From a virus (taxonomy: Duplodnaviria; Caudoviricetes), in the IMG/VR virus record IMGVR_UViG_3300025759_000090, positions 852-64,851 of that record: 64,000 bases of DNA; one strand, written 5' to 3'. Below, in pieces: positions 40,535 to 51,329 of this stretch (its first letter is position 1; the number at the start of each line of letters is the position of its first letter). The translations under genes were made by a program, and so were the position numbers. Under the pieces are notes generated by a model. The model saw only the letters and a list, made by a program, of their open reading frames with translations. It was not told the origin of the DNA and did not search any database.

Positions 40535-40877
40535 CGATGAACAAAAAGACCCAATTTCAAGGGAAGTTCCTTCGTCAAAATATGGTACTCGTAAGTTCGG
40601 TAGAATGGGTAAAACCGATGGCCGAAATGTCAAAAGATTATGGAAGGCTTTGATTGCTGCTGGTGCGATTTATCCTGATGGAAATCCGTTGACAACAGGA
40701 GAAATAGTTCAGTTGAAAAATCAACCATTTGAGATTCACAGATTGACAAATCATCTAGCCAAAAAACCACATCTGTTTTTTTGTGCTGGTGAATCGAGAG
40801 TTGCAGGTCTTGATGGAAGAACAAAATATCCTCAGAAAACTTGGTTAGCACATGAAGATGCTTACGATGAAAAATAA
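40521..40877 (+). CDS. hypothetical protein, possibly DNA-binding
   Basis: Basic 118-aa ORF overlapping the upstream stop. Confidence 0.6.
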   Translation: MTNSNDEQKDPISREVPSSKYGTRKFGRMGKTDGRNVKRLWKALIAAGAIYPDGNPLTTGEIVQLKNQPFEIHRLTNHLAKKPHLFFCAGESRVAGLDGRTKYPQKTWLAHEDAYDEK

Positions 40878-41009
40878 ATTTCTCGATTTTTTCCTCAGTT
40901 TTTTTCAAACATTCCATGTTGAAGCCAACATCTGAATTGATTCAAGCCGAAAAACTATGAATTCACAAAATGACTTCATTTATATCGGTGGGCTAACCAA
41001 TGAAAAATT

Positions 41010-41807
41010 ATGATAACACCCAACAGTCATGTATCAAGAAATGCAACAATAAGAGTATCAGCATCATCACTTTCAAAGACGTTGAAAAGAATAGTTATGG
41101 ATAAGCCAGCCAGCCCTGTGAGGATGCTTCTAACAAACGATGGAATTAGTATATGGACTCACGACATATCTAACACTATGAATCTTCTATTAACCAATTC
41201 TAAGGTAGATGATTTGAAAGTAAAAGAGCCGTGTGTTTTACTCATTTCTCCCGATTCGTTTTCTGATTTATTATCTGCAAAATTTGGTAATGAAATAATA
41301 CAAATTTCAACAGAAGCGAACAAGCCAATTGTCATCAAAAATAAAAACGGTTCTCGAACTGTATATCATGCAGCAGATGAAGATGACTGTGCAATAGTTC
41401 CTGATAGATGGTTGATGCCAAAAGACAAGAAAGGATGGGTCAAGATTCCTCAAAAAGACAATGAAGTTTGCACTACAAGAATAACGATTTCAAGAGATTC
41501 ATTATCTCAAGGTTTGGTTGATATGAAAGTAGCCAAAGCACCTTACATTGTATTTACTTTTGACAACAAAAAATCAACCTGTGCATCAGGTCATTGGGGT
41601 GCTAAAAATAATCAATCTTATTCCGTTATAGATGCAGAAGTTGAAGGAGAAAAAGTCGAGATTAGTTTGTCAGAAATACTTGCTGGAATACTATCTCGAT
41701 GTGATGGAAATACTTTCATTATTCACAAACACAAAGATATTCCATTTATTGTTGTAGAATGTGGTGATACAACATTGATTGTTGCTGAGACAATGAGGGA
41801 TGTGTGA
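41010..41807 (+). CDS. putative sliding clamp (PCNA-like)
   Basis: 265 aa with a two-domain beta-alpha-beta pattern; context of primase, RFC and PolB. Confidence 0.6.
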   Translation: MITPNSHVSRNATIRVSASSLSKTLKRIVMDKPASPVRMLLTNDGISIWTHDISNTMNLLLTNSKVDDLKVKEPCVLLISPDSFSDLLSAKFGNEIIQISTEANKPIVIKNKNGSRTVYHAADEDDCAIVPDRWLMPKDKKGWVKIPQKDNEVCTTRITISRDSLSQGLVDMKVAKAPYIVFTFDNKKSTCASGHWGAKNNQSYSVIDAEVEGEKVEISLSEILAGILSRCDGNTFIIHKHKDIPFIVVECGDTTLIVAETMRDV

Positions 41808-42034
41808 GTATGTTCGACCCAAACAAAAACCGATTCGATTTACAATTAGCAGAAGAGATGTTAGGTATGACAGAAGATGACAAAATATCCTTGAAACTAA
41901 TTGTCTCAGTTGACCTACTTTTGGCTCATGCTGGAATCACCGATGAACAAGTTCAGATGGCTTACAAAGCAAGAGTTAAATCTCACATTCAAGATGCTTC
42001 GGATAATCTAAAAAATATACTGAATGAAGAGTGA
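41804..42034 (+). CDS. hypothetical protein
   Basis: Overlaps both neighbours. Confidence 0.55.
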   Translation: MSMFDPNKNRFDLQLAEEMLGMTEDDKISLKLIVSVDLLLAHAGITDEQVQMAYKARVKSHIQDASDNLKNILNEE

Positions 42035-43230
42035 TTGAGATGAGTTTATTCGATGTTGACAACATTGATGAAATGGCTAATCATTTTGGATTCAAACATT
42101 ATCCAAGAGCCATAGGAAATCCACGTCAAAACTTTGTCTTTGCTACGGAAGATATCTATCGGTCTTACTCAAAATGGAATGGAAATAAATCTTGTTTCAT
42201 AAGCACAGGTGGATATGATAATTTACAATATGAAGTTGGAAATAAACAATCTCCAAAAACAATTGTTTACGAACTAACTTTCTTCGACTTTGACCATTCA
42301 ACAAAACCTGAAAATGCATTTGCTGATGCTCAAAGATTATCTGCGTTTTTGAGAGAAATGAATGTGGCTCATTGGGTTCAATATAGTGGTAGTAAAGGAT
42401 ATCATTTATTCATAGTCCATGAGGCTACTAGATTCAAATTTGACTTCAAGGATGGTAGTGGTGAAGCATTGAAGCAAATCGTGCATCAGACGCAAGACCA
42501 TTTGCGTAAAACGATAGGTCTGAATACACTTGATGAGCAGACAACAGGCGACCCCAAAAGACTGTGCAGATTTCCTTTTTCTAAGCACATAGATAGACAT
42601 GGAAATAGTAGTGGCCGACACGCAATGCCTGTTGATGTGGAACTTCTCGATACACTATCACATGAGGACATTGAAAAGATGTCTTATCGGCCAAAATATG
42701 AGTTGCCTAAAATCAATGGAAGGAAATTAAAACTGATTGATTTTGTAAAGGAACTCGGAGTAAAATTACATTCTCCTGAATCATTACTTCGACCCGTTGT
42801 AAATGTTGACTTCAACATTGCTCAAACCGATGCGGAAGCATCTCGATTTCTTGCATCCTTAGATAGAAGATGTATGGGAGTTGTCAATGAATTAAAGAGA
42901 AGAAATCCACCACATAAGCCGAGAGTTTATTCTGCTTTGTTTGCTAAAATATTAGGAATGGGTTTGCATGATTTTGAAAAGATATGGATGCAGTTAGGAA
43001 CTGAAATTGGATATGTAGATTTACACAATACTGAACATCGGCTGTATCAAATGTCAACTATCTTCGATGACCCCAAATATTACATCTTCCCAAACTGCAC
43101 TACGCTCAAAGCAAATGGATGCTGTGTAGGCGATATTTGCCCCCGATTCAAGGATATGGGGGGCATGGATTATCAACCCCGTCAGATTAAACGCAAATGG
43201 TCGAAACGGGATGATATCAAATCAACGTAA
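42031..43230 (+). CDS. archaeo-eukaryotic primase, PriS fused to a PriL-like Cys-rich C-terminal domain
   Basis: FDFD, YSGSKGYH, D..RLCRFP; C-terminal CTTLKANGCC...CP. Confidence 0.85.
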   Translation: MIEMSLFDVDNIDEMANHFGFKHYPRAIGNPRQNFVFATEDIYRSYSKWNGNKSCFISTGGYDNLQYEVGNKQSPKTIVYELTFFDFDHSTKPENAFADAQRLSAFLREMNVAHWVQYSGSKGYHLFIVHEATRFKFDFKDGSGEALKQIVHQTQDHLRKTIGLNTLDEQTTGDPKRLCRFPFSKHIDRHGNSSGRHAMPVDVELLDTLSHEDIEKMSYRPKYELPKINGRKLKLIDFVKELGVKLHSPESLLRPVVNVDFNIAQTDAEASRFLASLDRRCMGVVNELKRRNPPHKPRVYSALFAKILGMGLHDFEKIWMQLGTEIGYVDLHNTEHRLYQMSTIFDDPKYYIFPNCTTLKANGCCVGDICPRFKDMGGMDYQPRQIKRKWSKRDDIKST

Positions 43231-44074
43231 GACAAGATATGGAAGATTACTTGATGACCGTTCTGAACTAATTGATTTTCTCGATTCTGCTTCACTTGGT
43301 CAACTGCTGGGATTCTCTCGATTCCTAACTGTGGAACTTGTTGAAGTCAACACGCAATCATTGTCAATTTCTCCAAGTTCAGATGAGATTTTTCCACTTG
43401 TCAATCAGATGATTTTGAATGAGTTATTTTCTCGACATAGACGGGTTGACCATAGAGAACATAAAGAAATGCTGACCTATCTTTCTGAACTTGGTTTTGA
43501 GATAGTTAGTCTTGATACAGGCAAGGGTGATGTATCAACAAGAAAGGTCAGCATAGAACGTAAGGAAGATGACTTCATTCCTTCCCTGTTTGATGGCCGT
43601 AGGCTCAAGCAGTTGGGTGCTATGAGAGAAGAGGCTGAATACTCCTATCTGATTGTTTCAAAGTCTTACGATGCGATTAGATTAGGTGCAAGAGATAGGG
43701 GTGTTAGTGAACAAACTCTAATCTCTTTCATAGCATCTCTATGTGCTGTTGGATATCCACCAATTTTTATTGACAACAGGCATGATGCTGCATTACTAAC
43801 TCACAAGATAGTTCAGAAAATAGAAGATGATAATCCAAGACTGTATGTGCCTAGACCAAAATCTCCAACTGTAAATGAATATCGAGATTGTCTGATTGAA
43901 GGATTACCAAAAATCGGTTCAAAATTACGAAGAAGGATTACCAAAAAATATCCAACAATAATTTCACTTTGTCAAACAACACCGGAAGAACTCTCGACAA
44001 TCGAAGGTGTTGGCCTCAACACAGCAAACAGAATACTCTCAGTTTTACGTGGAGAAAAAAATGATTCGGCTTAG
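43211..44074 (+). CDS. ERCC4/XPF (Hef-like) nuclease with HhH motifs
   Basis: GD...IERKEDDFIPSLFDGRRLKQL; LPKIG and IEGVG HhH motifs. Confidence 0.85.
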   Translation: MISNQRKTRYGRLLDDRSELIDFLDSASLGQLLGFSRFLTVELVEVNTQSLSISPSSDEIFPLVNQMILNELFSRHRRVDHREHKEMLTYLSELGFEIVSLDTGKGDVSTRKVSIERKEDDFIPSLFDGRRLKQLGAMREEAEYSYLIVSKSYDAIRLGARDRGVSEQTLISFIASLCAVGYPPIFIDNRHDAALLTHKIVQKIEDDNPRLYVPRPKSPTVNEYRDCLIEGLPKIGSKLRRRITKKYPTIISLCQTTPEELSTIEGVGLNTANRILSVLRGEKNDSA

Positions 44075-44154
44075 TCAGAAAATGAAGTTTTGATAGAAAA
44101 AACCATTGATTTACCCTATGTATTGATATAGGGAATGCCCCCCTTGCTCATAAC

Positions 44155-44643
44155 ATGAGCAACCAAGCAGACAACAAAAACGCACCGGAACTTGTGTTAA
44201 TGATGGGATTACCAGCAGCAGGTAAATCATATGTAAGAGAAAATATGTTCTTGGGAACTCATTCTTTCATCGACTGTGATACAATCAAAGAATCAATGCC
44301 TGAATATGACCCACTAAATCCTCAAACTGTCCACGAAGAATCAAAAGTATTGTGTCATCAAATGATGCTAGACTTATTTGAAAACCCAACCAATGCAGTA
44401 TATGATTCCACAGGAACTAACTCTGAGAAAATGACAACATACATTCACATGGCTCAGGCTGCTGGAATGACAACAAAATTAGTATTCGTAGATGTTTCAA
44501 TCGAGACATCAATTTACAGAAATGCAAACAGGCCAAGAGTAGTGCCTGAACACATCATCAGAACCAAAGCACAACAAATCTACGAATCATACGATATTGT
44601 ATCATCATTAACAGATTCAATCGAGAGAGTTTTGAACGAGTAA
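44155..44643 (+). CDS. P-loop kinase (AAA_33 / zeta-toxin / PNK-like)
   Basis: GLPAAGKS, IDCD, YDSTG and RNANRPRVVP. Confidence 0.8.
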   Translation: MSNQADNKNAPELVLMMGLPAAGKSYVRENMFLGTHSFIDCDTIKESMPEYDPLNPQTVHEESKVLCHQMMLDLFENPTNAVYDSTGTNSEKMTTYIHMAQAAGMTTKLVFVDVSIETSIYRNANRPRVVPEHIIRTKAQQIYESYDIVSSLTDSIERVLNE

Positions 44644-44684
44644 AATCAATTCTATCATAAGGGTGGGATTAAACAGATTATCTC

Positions 44685-45710
44685 ATGTGGTCTGAAAAGT
44701 ATCGCCCAAATAATCTCGATGATATTGTTGGTCAGGAACATATCGTGAAAAGACTCAGGTATGTAGTTGAGAAATTACATGAGAATGGTGATGATGCTGC
44801 ATTCCCTCATATGATGTTTTCAGGCAAGGCTGGAACAGGAAAAACATCAGTTGCAGTAGCCCTGATGAAATCTATGTTTGGTGAAGATTGGAAGGCCAAT
44901 TTTATCGAGTTAAATGCAAGTGATGAGAGAAGCATCAATGTCATCAGAACTACGGTCAAAGACTTCGCTAGAAGAGGGACAATTGGAACATATCAAACTA
45001 AGGATGGAAAAGATTTGTTGATTCCATTCAATGTTGTATTTCTCGATGAGTGTGATAATCTCACTTCTGATGCTCAAGCAGCATTGAGAAGAATCATGGA
45101 AAAATATTCCAAGCAAACTAGATTCATTTTATCCTGTAATTATCCTCACAAAGTTATAGCACCAATCAGGGATAGATGTGCTTTCTCAGGTTCAAGGTTC
45201 AAGCCTATCCCATCTGATGCTATTTGCAGGGCTTTAGAGGCCGTTGTAGAGCAAGAACGTCTCGATATAGCACCGAATGCACTAGAGGCCGTAGGAATGG
45301 CTGCAAATGGCTCTATGAGAAGTGCATTAAATTTGCTTTTTTCTGTTACTCGCATTCCAATCCGAGTAGAAATTGAAGATGTCAATGAAATTACAAACGA
45401 AATATCTCAGAAATCGCTTCGACAAATGCTAGGATTGGCTGTTGAATCCAACAAATTAGGTGTTGAAGATTCAAAATATGTCAAGATTCACCAGCGATTA
45501 GATTCTATGGTCGAGAATTTGGGTGAAAAAGGTATGAGTGGAGTCGAAATTTTAGATGCATTTTTGATGACTGTTGAAGAAGATTCCAATGTTCCAAACA
45601 AACTGAGAAAATCAATCTACAAAAGTATGGGCGAAGCAATATATTGGTGTTCAATTTCATCTGACGATTTACTAACCGTCAAGACATTTCTAAGGAGAAT
45701 AACTGTATGA
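44685..45710 (+). CDS. rfcS: replication factor C small subunit (clamp loader)
   Basis: [38 protein letters not shown] and RFILSCNY. Confidence 0.93.
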   Translation: MWSEKYRPNNLDDIVGQEHIVKRLRYVVEKLHENGDDAAFPHMMFSGKAGTGKTSVAVALMKSMFGEDWKANFIELNASDERSINVIRTTVKDFARRGTIGTYQTKDGKDLLIPFNVVFLDECDNLTSDAQAALRRIMEKYSKQTRFILSCNYPHKVIAPIRDRCAFSGSRFKPIPSDAICRALEAVVEQERLDIAPNALEAVGMAANGSMRSALNLLFSVTRIPIRVEIEDVNEITNEISQKSLRQMLGLAVESNKLGVEDSKYVKIHQRLDSMVENLGEKGMSGVEILDAFLMTVEEDSNVPNKLRKSIYKSMGEAIYWCSISSDDLLTVKTFLRRITV

Positions 45711-45934
45711 GTGAAATTGAAGAAAAAGTAATAGAAAAAATACGACAAAGAGCCGAGTTAGGTTTGAACAAATATAACACAACAATGGAACGTACAGATT
45801 TGACTTTGAAAGAATGGATAAATCATGCTATGGAAGAGGCTATGGATTTGTCAGTTTATCTTCAACGGATTCTGATGATGTTGGAATCTCAAGATGTTGA
45901 AACCAACACGGAGTTTTTGGAAGAATCCGAGTGA
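45707..45934 (+). CDS. conserved phage protein, possible all-alpha NTP pyrophosphatase-like
   Basis: GLNKY...[12 protein letters not shown] motif. Confidence 0.55.
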   Translation: MSEIEEKVIEKIRQRAELGLNKYNTTMERTDLTLKEWINHAMEEAMDLSVYLQRILMMLESQDVETNTEFLEESE

Positions 45935-46092
45935 AAAAAAATTGCTTGGCTGAAATAGAAAATAGTAATATTTGCTGTTTATTTATATACTAAACAAGTC
46001 AGATATGCTATCCATTCATATACCGATGGCCTTCCCCTGCTGTGCATAGCACAGCGAGAAACGGCGAAGCGAAAACGAAAAGAGGAATAAAA

Positions 46093-46287
46093 ATGATAAC
46101 AAGAAAAGTTAGAGAAACTAATACTGATGTGAGTTTATGGAAGAATGCGGATGGATGGGTATTACATTGTGATGAACATGGTTTATGTTGTGTTTGGCCG
46201 ACTAAAAAAGAAGCATTGGAGTTTATGCCTTATCCGTCAAATTACTGTGAAGAATGTTGTGAAATTGTAATGAATGGAGATGAGTGA
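46093..46287 (+). CDS. small Cys-rich protein
   Basis: GAGGA RBS before ATG 46093; CDEH and CEEC motifs. Confidence 0.55.
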   Translation: MITRKVRETNTDVSLWKNADGWVLHCDEHGLCCVWPTKKEALEFMPYPSNYCEECCEIVMNGDE

Positions 46288-46546
46288 AATGAGTAAAACA
46301 ACTGAGTTTGGAGATGAAATAATGAGAAAAAGCAAAGGTGCTTATTGGTATAATAACGATGAAAGAATAGTCCACGATTGTAAGTGGTTGATGACTAAAG
46401 AAGATGTTGTTTTTGAAGGAATCGAAGGAATATGGAAATGGTTAGAAAATGAAGATGGGGTGCGTGTTTATACCAATACATCAACGGGTGAACAGATGTA
46501 TGTTTCAGAATACAAAAAATACAAAAAATTATTCAGGATGGCGTGA
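46274..46546 (+). CDS. hypothetical protein
   Basis: Part of an overlapping ORF chain. Confidence 0.55.
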   Translation: MEMSEMSKTTEFGDEIMRKSKGAYWYNNDERIVHDCKWLMTKEDVVFEGIEGIWKWLENEDGVRVYTNTSTGEQMYVSEYKKYKKLFRMA

Positions 46547-46755
46547 GTAAAATGAAAGTAGTAAATCTAAAGCAAAGAGTGCCGATATGCCCGAACAAAG
46601 ATGATGAGTTTAATCCAAATGCATTTACAGAAGAAGAGACTAAAGAAATGTGTCGAACAGGTAATTTTGTATGTCCTTATTGTAAGTCATTTTCTCACAA
46701 AGCAATTAGTGGGAAAGTATGGAATGTTCATTGGGGTATATGGATTCAATCATAA
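46543..46755 (+). CDS. small zinc-finger protein
   Basis: CPYC motif; GTGA overlap. Confidence 0.5.
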   Translation: MSKMKVVNLKQRVPICPNKDDEFNPNAFTEEETKEMCRTGNFVCPYCKSFSHKAISGKVWNVHWGIWIQS

Positions 46756-46779
46756 GGGTGGGAAAACCCGATTGGGTTT

Positions 46780-49431
46780 ATGGAATCTTTTCTCATTGTA
46801 TCAATTGAATATGACGAAACAAATAATCTTCTAACTCATCTCAGATTGAAGTCTTTAGATGGCTCAACAAAAAAGGTAACAGTCGAGGGTTGTGTTCCAA
46901 GATTTTGGTCAGAAAAAAATCCTGATGATATTCCAAATCTTCCTGATTTTGTTACGTCAACAAAACTCTCAGATAAGACTTCGATAACAGGCGTTCCATT
47001 ATATGAGATTAGAGTTGAGAAGCCATCAGATATTAGAGAGATTAGAGATTACTTTTATCCACATTATTCAGCAGATGTTTCTTGGAGTTCTTTGGTTCGG
47101 TGGATTTACGGATGGACTTCGGTTGTTGACATCAACACGGATGAATTAGCATCGGGAAGAAATCTCAGACCGATTCACATTCGACCAAGTGAAACTGACC
47201 CAACAAAATTTAATCTCGACATAGTTTGGTTTGATATTGAAACAGCAGATTCACTTGATGTTGATAATGCCCCTGAAAGAGTTGTAAGTATTGCATTTGT
47301 TGATAGTGTAACGGGTATTCACGAAGTTGGAACTACTTCTCCAACTAGCCAACATCAAGTTAGGCGTTTTTTGGGGTCAGGGAAGGCGTTAGAAAGCGTT
47401 GTTGAGCATTCTAGTCCAATTCCACCACTTGACCCTGAGAAGGTCTTAGTTGAGTCCTTTTCTCATGTTGATGAAGATACCAACGAAGCGGCTTTACTTT
47501 GGTGGTTCAAAAGAAGATTAGATGAATTAGATAGAGACTTACTTGGTGGTCAACATATTATCGGTTATGATATTCCATATTTGAGAAATAGATGTCGAGT
47601 AATGAGAAAAGAAATGGATAGAAGATACAACGGTAAAGTTCCTGTTCATCATCGTTATCCAAATCTGTATTATTCACTCAAAAAACAAACACTCTTTGAT
47701 TCAAAAATTGCATATGCAGAACAGGTTCAAGGTGCTGCTGCTACAACAGGTTCAGGTTCACTTGCTTGGATGGCTGGCTCTGTTCTTGGATATGGTAAAG
47801 TTCCACGCACAAGAATAACAGATTTGATGGAAAAAGACCCAATGATGTTGGCTGTCTATAACATATGGGATAATGTATGTGTTGAGAGATGTATGAATGA
47901 ACTAAATCTTGTTCCATTTTACCTAACAAAAACTGCATTCCATAATTCAGTTATGAAAAAATCAAATTCAAACATGATGTTGATTGAGGATATGATGGGG
48001 CATCTACTTTTTGACAAGAATATTATCATGCCTTCTGTTGAAGTTGTGAGACAAAGAAGAAGTGGTGGAATTGAGCAGGGTGGCTTCGTTATGGAAGCAC
48101 CAATTGGAGTTTATCAGAATGCGTTTGAAGTTGACAATTCAATGGAATATCCATCGGTGATTATTACTACAAATGGAAGTCCTGATACTCTTGTGAATCC
48201 AGCAGATTATCCCAATGGATTTCCATTCCCAATTACTACTACACCAGCAGGTCGGATTTATCGAAGAGATAGGGAAGGAATAATGCCATCTGTTCTTCGT
48301 AATCTTGCTGCATTAAGAAAGGAAACTCAGGCACTAATGAGAGAGGCATATGAGAATGGTAATGATGAACTTGGAGATATCCTAAATCGGAAGCAGCGTG
48401 TGCAGAAAGAATCAATGAATAGTTGGTACGGAGTTCTAGGCTCAGGAGAAACCGAGAAAACAAAACGAAGGCCATTCAGATTAGCATTGCCTGAATTGGG
48501 TTCAGATATTACAGAAGTTGCTAGAATACATAATCAATGGAATAGGGATTTAATCGAAGCAACAAATCTTTGGTTTTCTGAATTGGGTATTGAACCCTTT
48601 ACAGAAGATATTGGAGATGCAGAAGGAATCAAATTATCATTCCATGTTATAGGTCAAGATACTGATTCTTGTAAGGTCGCAATAACTAATCACGATGAGG
48701 CTCAAAACACAGTTAGAGATTTCACAAAAGATGACGTGATTTCGATAGCAAATATGTTGTGTATAATGTTGAATAATTCATACGATAGATTTGTTCAAGA
48801 GACATTGGGTGTTGACAAGAATGAGTTCTTTTTTGTGAAGCCTGATGCACATTATGAGAGATTCTTTTCTTGGGGTGTAAAGAAGAGATATGCGTATCGA
48901 GATTTCAATGGTAAACATGGATTCAGGGGGGTTGAAATCAGAAGGTCATCTGCACCTAAGATTGTGAAAGATTCACAGTTGAAAGTTTTCGATTCTATAC
49001 TACAAGGATGCAACAAATCTGAACTTAATAATTTGTTAAGAGAAATACATTCTGATTTAATGAATGTCGAGAAAACACCGAGTATAGATTTTGGTCAACC
49101 AATGGGAATGAAAAAGACAGGAACACAGGCACATAAAGCAGGGCTATGGTCTAACAAAAATATTGGAACTAATTTTGACATTGGAGATAAGCCCGTTTTG
49201 TTCAATGCTTCTTCGACAAAAAATGGGAATCTTCCAGCAAACAAAATTGTCGCAATCGAATGGGGTGAAACTCCTGAGTCTTTTGGTGTTGAAGTCAACA
49301 GGGAAGAATCATTCGATAAGCACTTCACAAAATCAAAATCTTGGGAAGGAATTTTGGGTGCATTCAGAACTTCTTGGAAAACTGCAATCGTTGGCATGAA
49401 TCAAGTTGGATTGGATGAGTGGTTCAAATGA
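46780..49431 (+). CDS. polB: family B DNA polymerase
   Basis: Exonuclease motifs FDIET, GYDIPY and YNIWD; polymerase motifs DNSMEYPS, KESMNSWYG, DTDS, KKRYA and RGVE. Confidence 0.92.
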   Translation: MESFLIVSIEYDETNNLLTHLRLKSLDGSTKKVTVEGCVPRFWSEKNPDDIPNLPDFVTSTKLSDKTSITGVPLYEIRVEKPSDIREIRDYFYPHYSADVSWSSLVRWIYGWTSVVDINTDELASGRNLRPIHIRPSETDPTKFNLDIVWFDIETADSLDVDNAPERVVSIAFVDSVTGIHEVGTTSPTSQHQVRRFLGSGKALESVVEHSSPIPPLDPEKVLVESFSHVDEDTNEAALLWWFKRRLDELDRDLLGGQHIIGYDIPYLRNRCRVMRKEMDRRYNGKVPVHHRYPNLYYSLKKQTLFDSKIAYAEQVQGAAATTGSGSLAWMAGSVLGYGKVPRTRITDLMEKDPMMLAVYNIWDNVCVERCMNELNLVPFYLTKTAFHNSVMKKSNSNMMLIEDMMGHLLFDKNIIMPSVEVVRQRRSGGIEQGGFVMEAPIGVYQNAFEVDNSMEYPSVIITTNGSPDTLVNPADYPNGFPFPITTTPAGRIYRRDREGIMPSVLRNLAALRKETQALMREAYENGNDELGDILNRKQRVQKESMNSWYGVLGSGETEKTKRRPFRLALPELGSDITEVARIHNQWNRDLIEATNLWFSELGIEPFTEDIGDAEGIKLSFHVIGQDTDSCKVAITNHDEAQNTVRDFTKDDVISIANMLCIMLNNSYDRFVQETLGVDKNEFFFVKPDAHYERFFSWGVKKRYAYRDFNGKHGFRGVEIRRSSAPKIVKDSQLKVFDSILQGCNKSELNNLLREIHSDLMNVEKTPSIDFGQPMGMKKTGTQAHKAGLWSNKNIGTNFDIGDKPVLFNASSTKNGNLPANKIVAIEWGETPESFGVEVNREESFDKHFTKSKSWEGILGAFRTSWKTAIVGMNQVGLDEWFK

Positions 49432-49889
49432 GTGTAGTGCAAAGTCGAAGGAGAAGAGTCTATGAAACTTTGAGAAATGAATGTGGGTTTACACATCATC
49501 AAACTATGTGGTTGATATCACTCAATCTAACTCATTTAGGTAAGTTCGATGAGATACTAAGAAATGCTTCAAGAAAAGAAAAAAACTTGTGGTCAGAACA
49601 CGCTCAAAGAATTGCTGTTTTATGCATGAGAGATGACCCGAAACAATCAGGAATTTCTGTTTTCAATTTCTGCTGGCCTGACAAAGACCAAGAACCATTA
49701 TTTCCATATGTATGTGTGAAAGAAATAAATCGAATCTTGATACAGGCTATGAATTACACAAACTCTCAGGCCAGCACATACCGATATTATGCTGGAAAAA
49801 AGATTCTTGATTACGAAAGAAAACAGGCTGAAATTGCTTGGGATGAAAGAATGATTATGACGTATTTGAAAATCAAGAAGTTGCTCTAA
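49419..49889 (+). CDS. hypothetical protein
   Basis: Overlaps the polB stop (likely ATG 49428). Confidence 0.6.
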   Translation: MVQMSVVQSRRRRVYETLRNECGFTHHQTMWLISLNLTHLGKFDEILRNASRKEKNLWSEHAQRIAVLCMRDDPKQSGISVFNFCWPDKDQEPLFPYVCVKEINRILIQAMNYTNSQASTYRYYAGKKILDYERKQAEIAWDERMIMTYLKIKKLL

Positions 49890-50007
49890 TACCCAAAACC
49901 ATTGAAGTCTGACTATTTTGTTAGACCACATGGAAGGGTATATTAGGGAACACTAGTTCGGAAGAGTCGCCCTGAATAGGCATTATGAAAAAAATGGAGA
50001 TGAAAAA

Positions 50008-51255
50008 ATGACAACACGAAATGAAAATATGACGGAGACACAACAAAGAATGTACGATGTGGTTGATGACCACAACGGTAGGGTTGACCGTGAAACCTAT
50101 TTGGCTGAAATAGCCAATAGTATCACGGCAAATGGTGGTACACCAAACCCAACTTCTCTCAAAGCACATTGTTTTACAGCAAAGAATCTTGCTGGTGCTG
50201 GACTACAAAAAATAGACATTAACGGCCAACAGTATGTTTGGACTGATGAACAAGTCGAAGCGGCAATTAACGGAACTACATCAATACCTAGAGGGGGTAG
50301 AACAATGTCTCCAACTATCACTACAACTGTATCAGGAACGACATTTGCTGCACCAGCACCAAATGTATTCTGTGGAATTGAGAAGAGAGATGCGTCTGCT
50401 TATCCAGCAGATATTCAAGCACTAATACCAACCAAAGCAAAGGGCTACGTTGAGCAAGGTTTAGTTGGCTCAGAATTAGAGTTTATGGCTTTCTGTCATA
50501 AAATGAATTCACATTTGATGACTCAGGGTGGAACAGGCTGTGGAAAAACTATGGCTATCTATGAGTTTGCACGTCTTATCGGACAACCAATTTGCAGAAT
50601 AGTTGGTGGTGTTGGTATTGAATGGGATGACCTTCAAGGAACACTTCTAGTTAGAGAAACAGCAAGTGGTGCAACCGAGACACGTTTTATTGACGGCCAA
50701 CTAACGAAAGCAATGCGTCATGGATGCATTCTTTACATTGATGAAATCAACTTCATCAAGCCAGCAGTTCTAAGTCAATTAAACGATGTTTTAGATGCTG
50801 GTCATATGGTCATAAATCAGAATGAAACTGCATCAGGTGCAGAAGTTCTTCATGCTCATCCTGACTTTAGAATTATAGCATCTATGAATCCAAACTATGC
50901 TGGAACTTCACCACTAAACAATGCAACACGAAGAAGGTTTAGTCGCACACTAAACTTCGACTATCTTGGCCGTGATTTAGAGATTGACGTTATCCAACAA
51001 CAATCAGGTAATTTCAATGTAGATGCTGCAACAGAAATTGTTCAGTTTGCTCGCAATGTTAGAAAGGCAAATGAGTCAATGACATTCTCAGAACCAACTG
51101 ACTTAGGAACAAGCACACTTGTAACTGTAATGGAGACATTATCTGTTTACAATATGCAACAAACTCTTGATACAGTTGTTTATCCATTGTTTGACGTTGA
51201 TGACATTGAAGAAGTTAAAATCCTAGCAAGAGCAAATATCGAGGATTTGGCTTAA
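50008..51255 (+). CDS. MoxR/CbbQ/CobS-like AAA+ ATPase
   Basis: GGTGCGKT, DGQLTKAM, LYIDEIN, HPDFRIIASMNP and RRRF. Confidence 0.9.
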   Translation: MTTRNENMTETQQRMYDVVDDHNGRVDRETYLAEIANSITANGGTPNPTSLKAHCFTAKNLAGAGLQKIDINGQQYVWTDEQVEAAINGTTSIPRGGRTMSPTITTTVSGTTFAAPAPNVFCGIEKRDASAYPADIQALIPTKAKGYVEQGLVGSELEFMAFCHKMNSHLMTQGGTGCGKTMAIYEFARLIGQPICRIVGGVGIEWDDLQGTLLVRETASGATETRFIDGQLTKAMRHGCILYIDEINFIKPAVLSQLNDVLDAGHMVINQNETASGAEVLHAHPDFRIIASMNPNYAGTSPLNNATRRRFSRTLNFDYLGRDLEIDVIQQQSGNFNVDAATEIVQFARNVRKANESMTFSEPTDLGTSTLVTVMETLSVYNMQQTLDTVVYPLFDVDDIEEVKILARANIEDLA

Positions 51256-51329
51256 GGAATAAATTGGAGATTACAAAATAAAAATTAAGGATGTGATATC
51301 AAGGAAAAAATAACAGACGAAAAAAACTT

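Larger units (their letters stand above)
7881..49950. promoter_or_regulatory. promoter class TTGATAW(A/G)GGGAA at accessory, putatively early genes
   Basis: Copies at about 7882(-), 17797, 29166, 33626(-) and 44123; variant at 49939. Confidence 0.75.

Noticed and set aside
44155-44643. Zeta toxin-antitoxin module
   Set aside because: No adjacent antitoxin is evident, and the motifs fit a generic P-loop kinase equally well.
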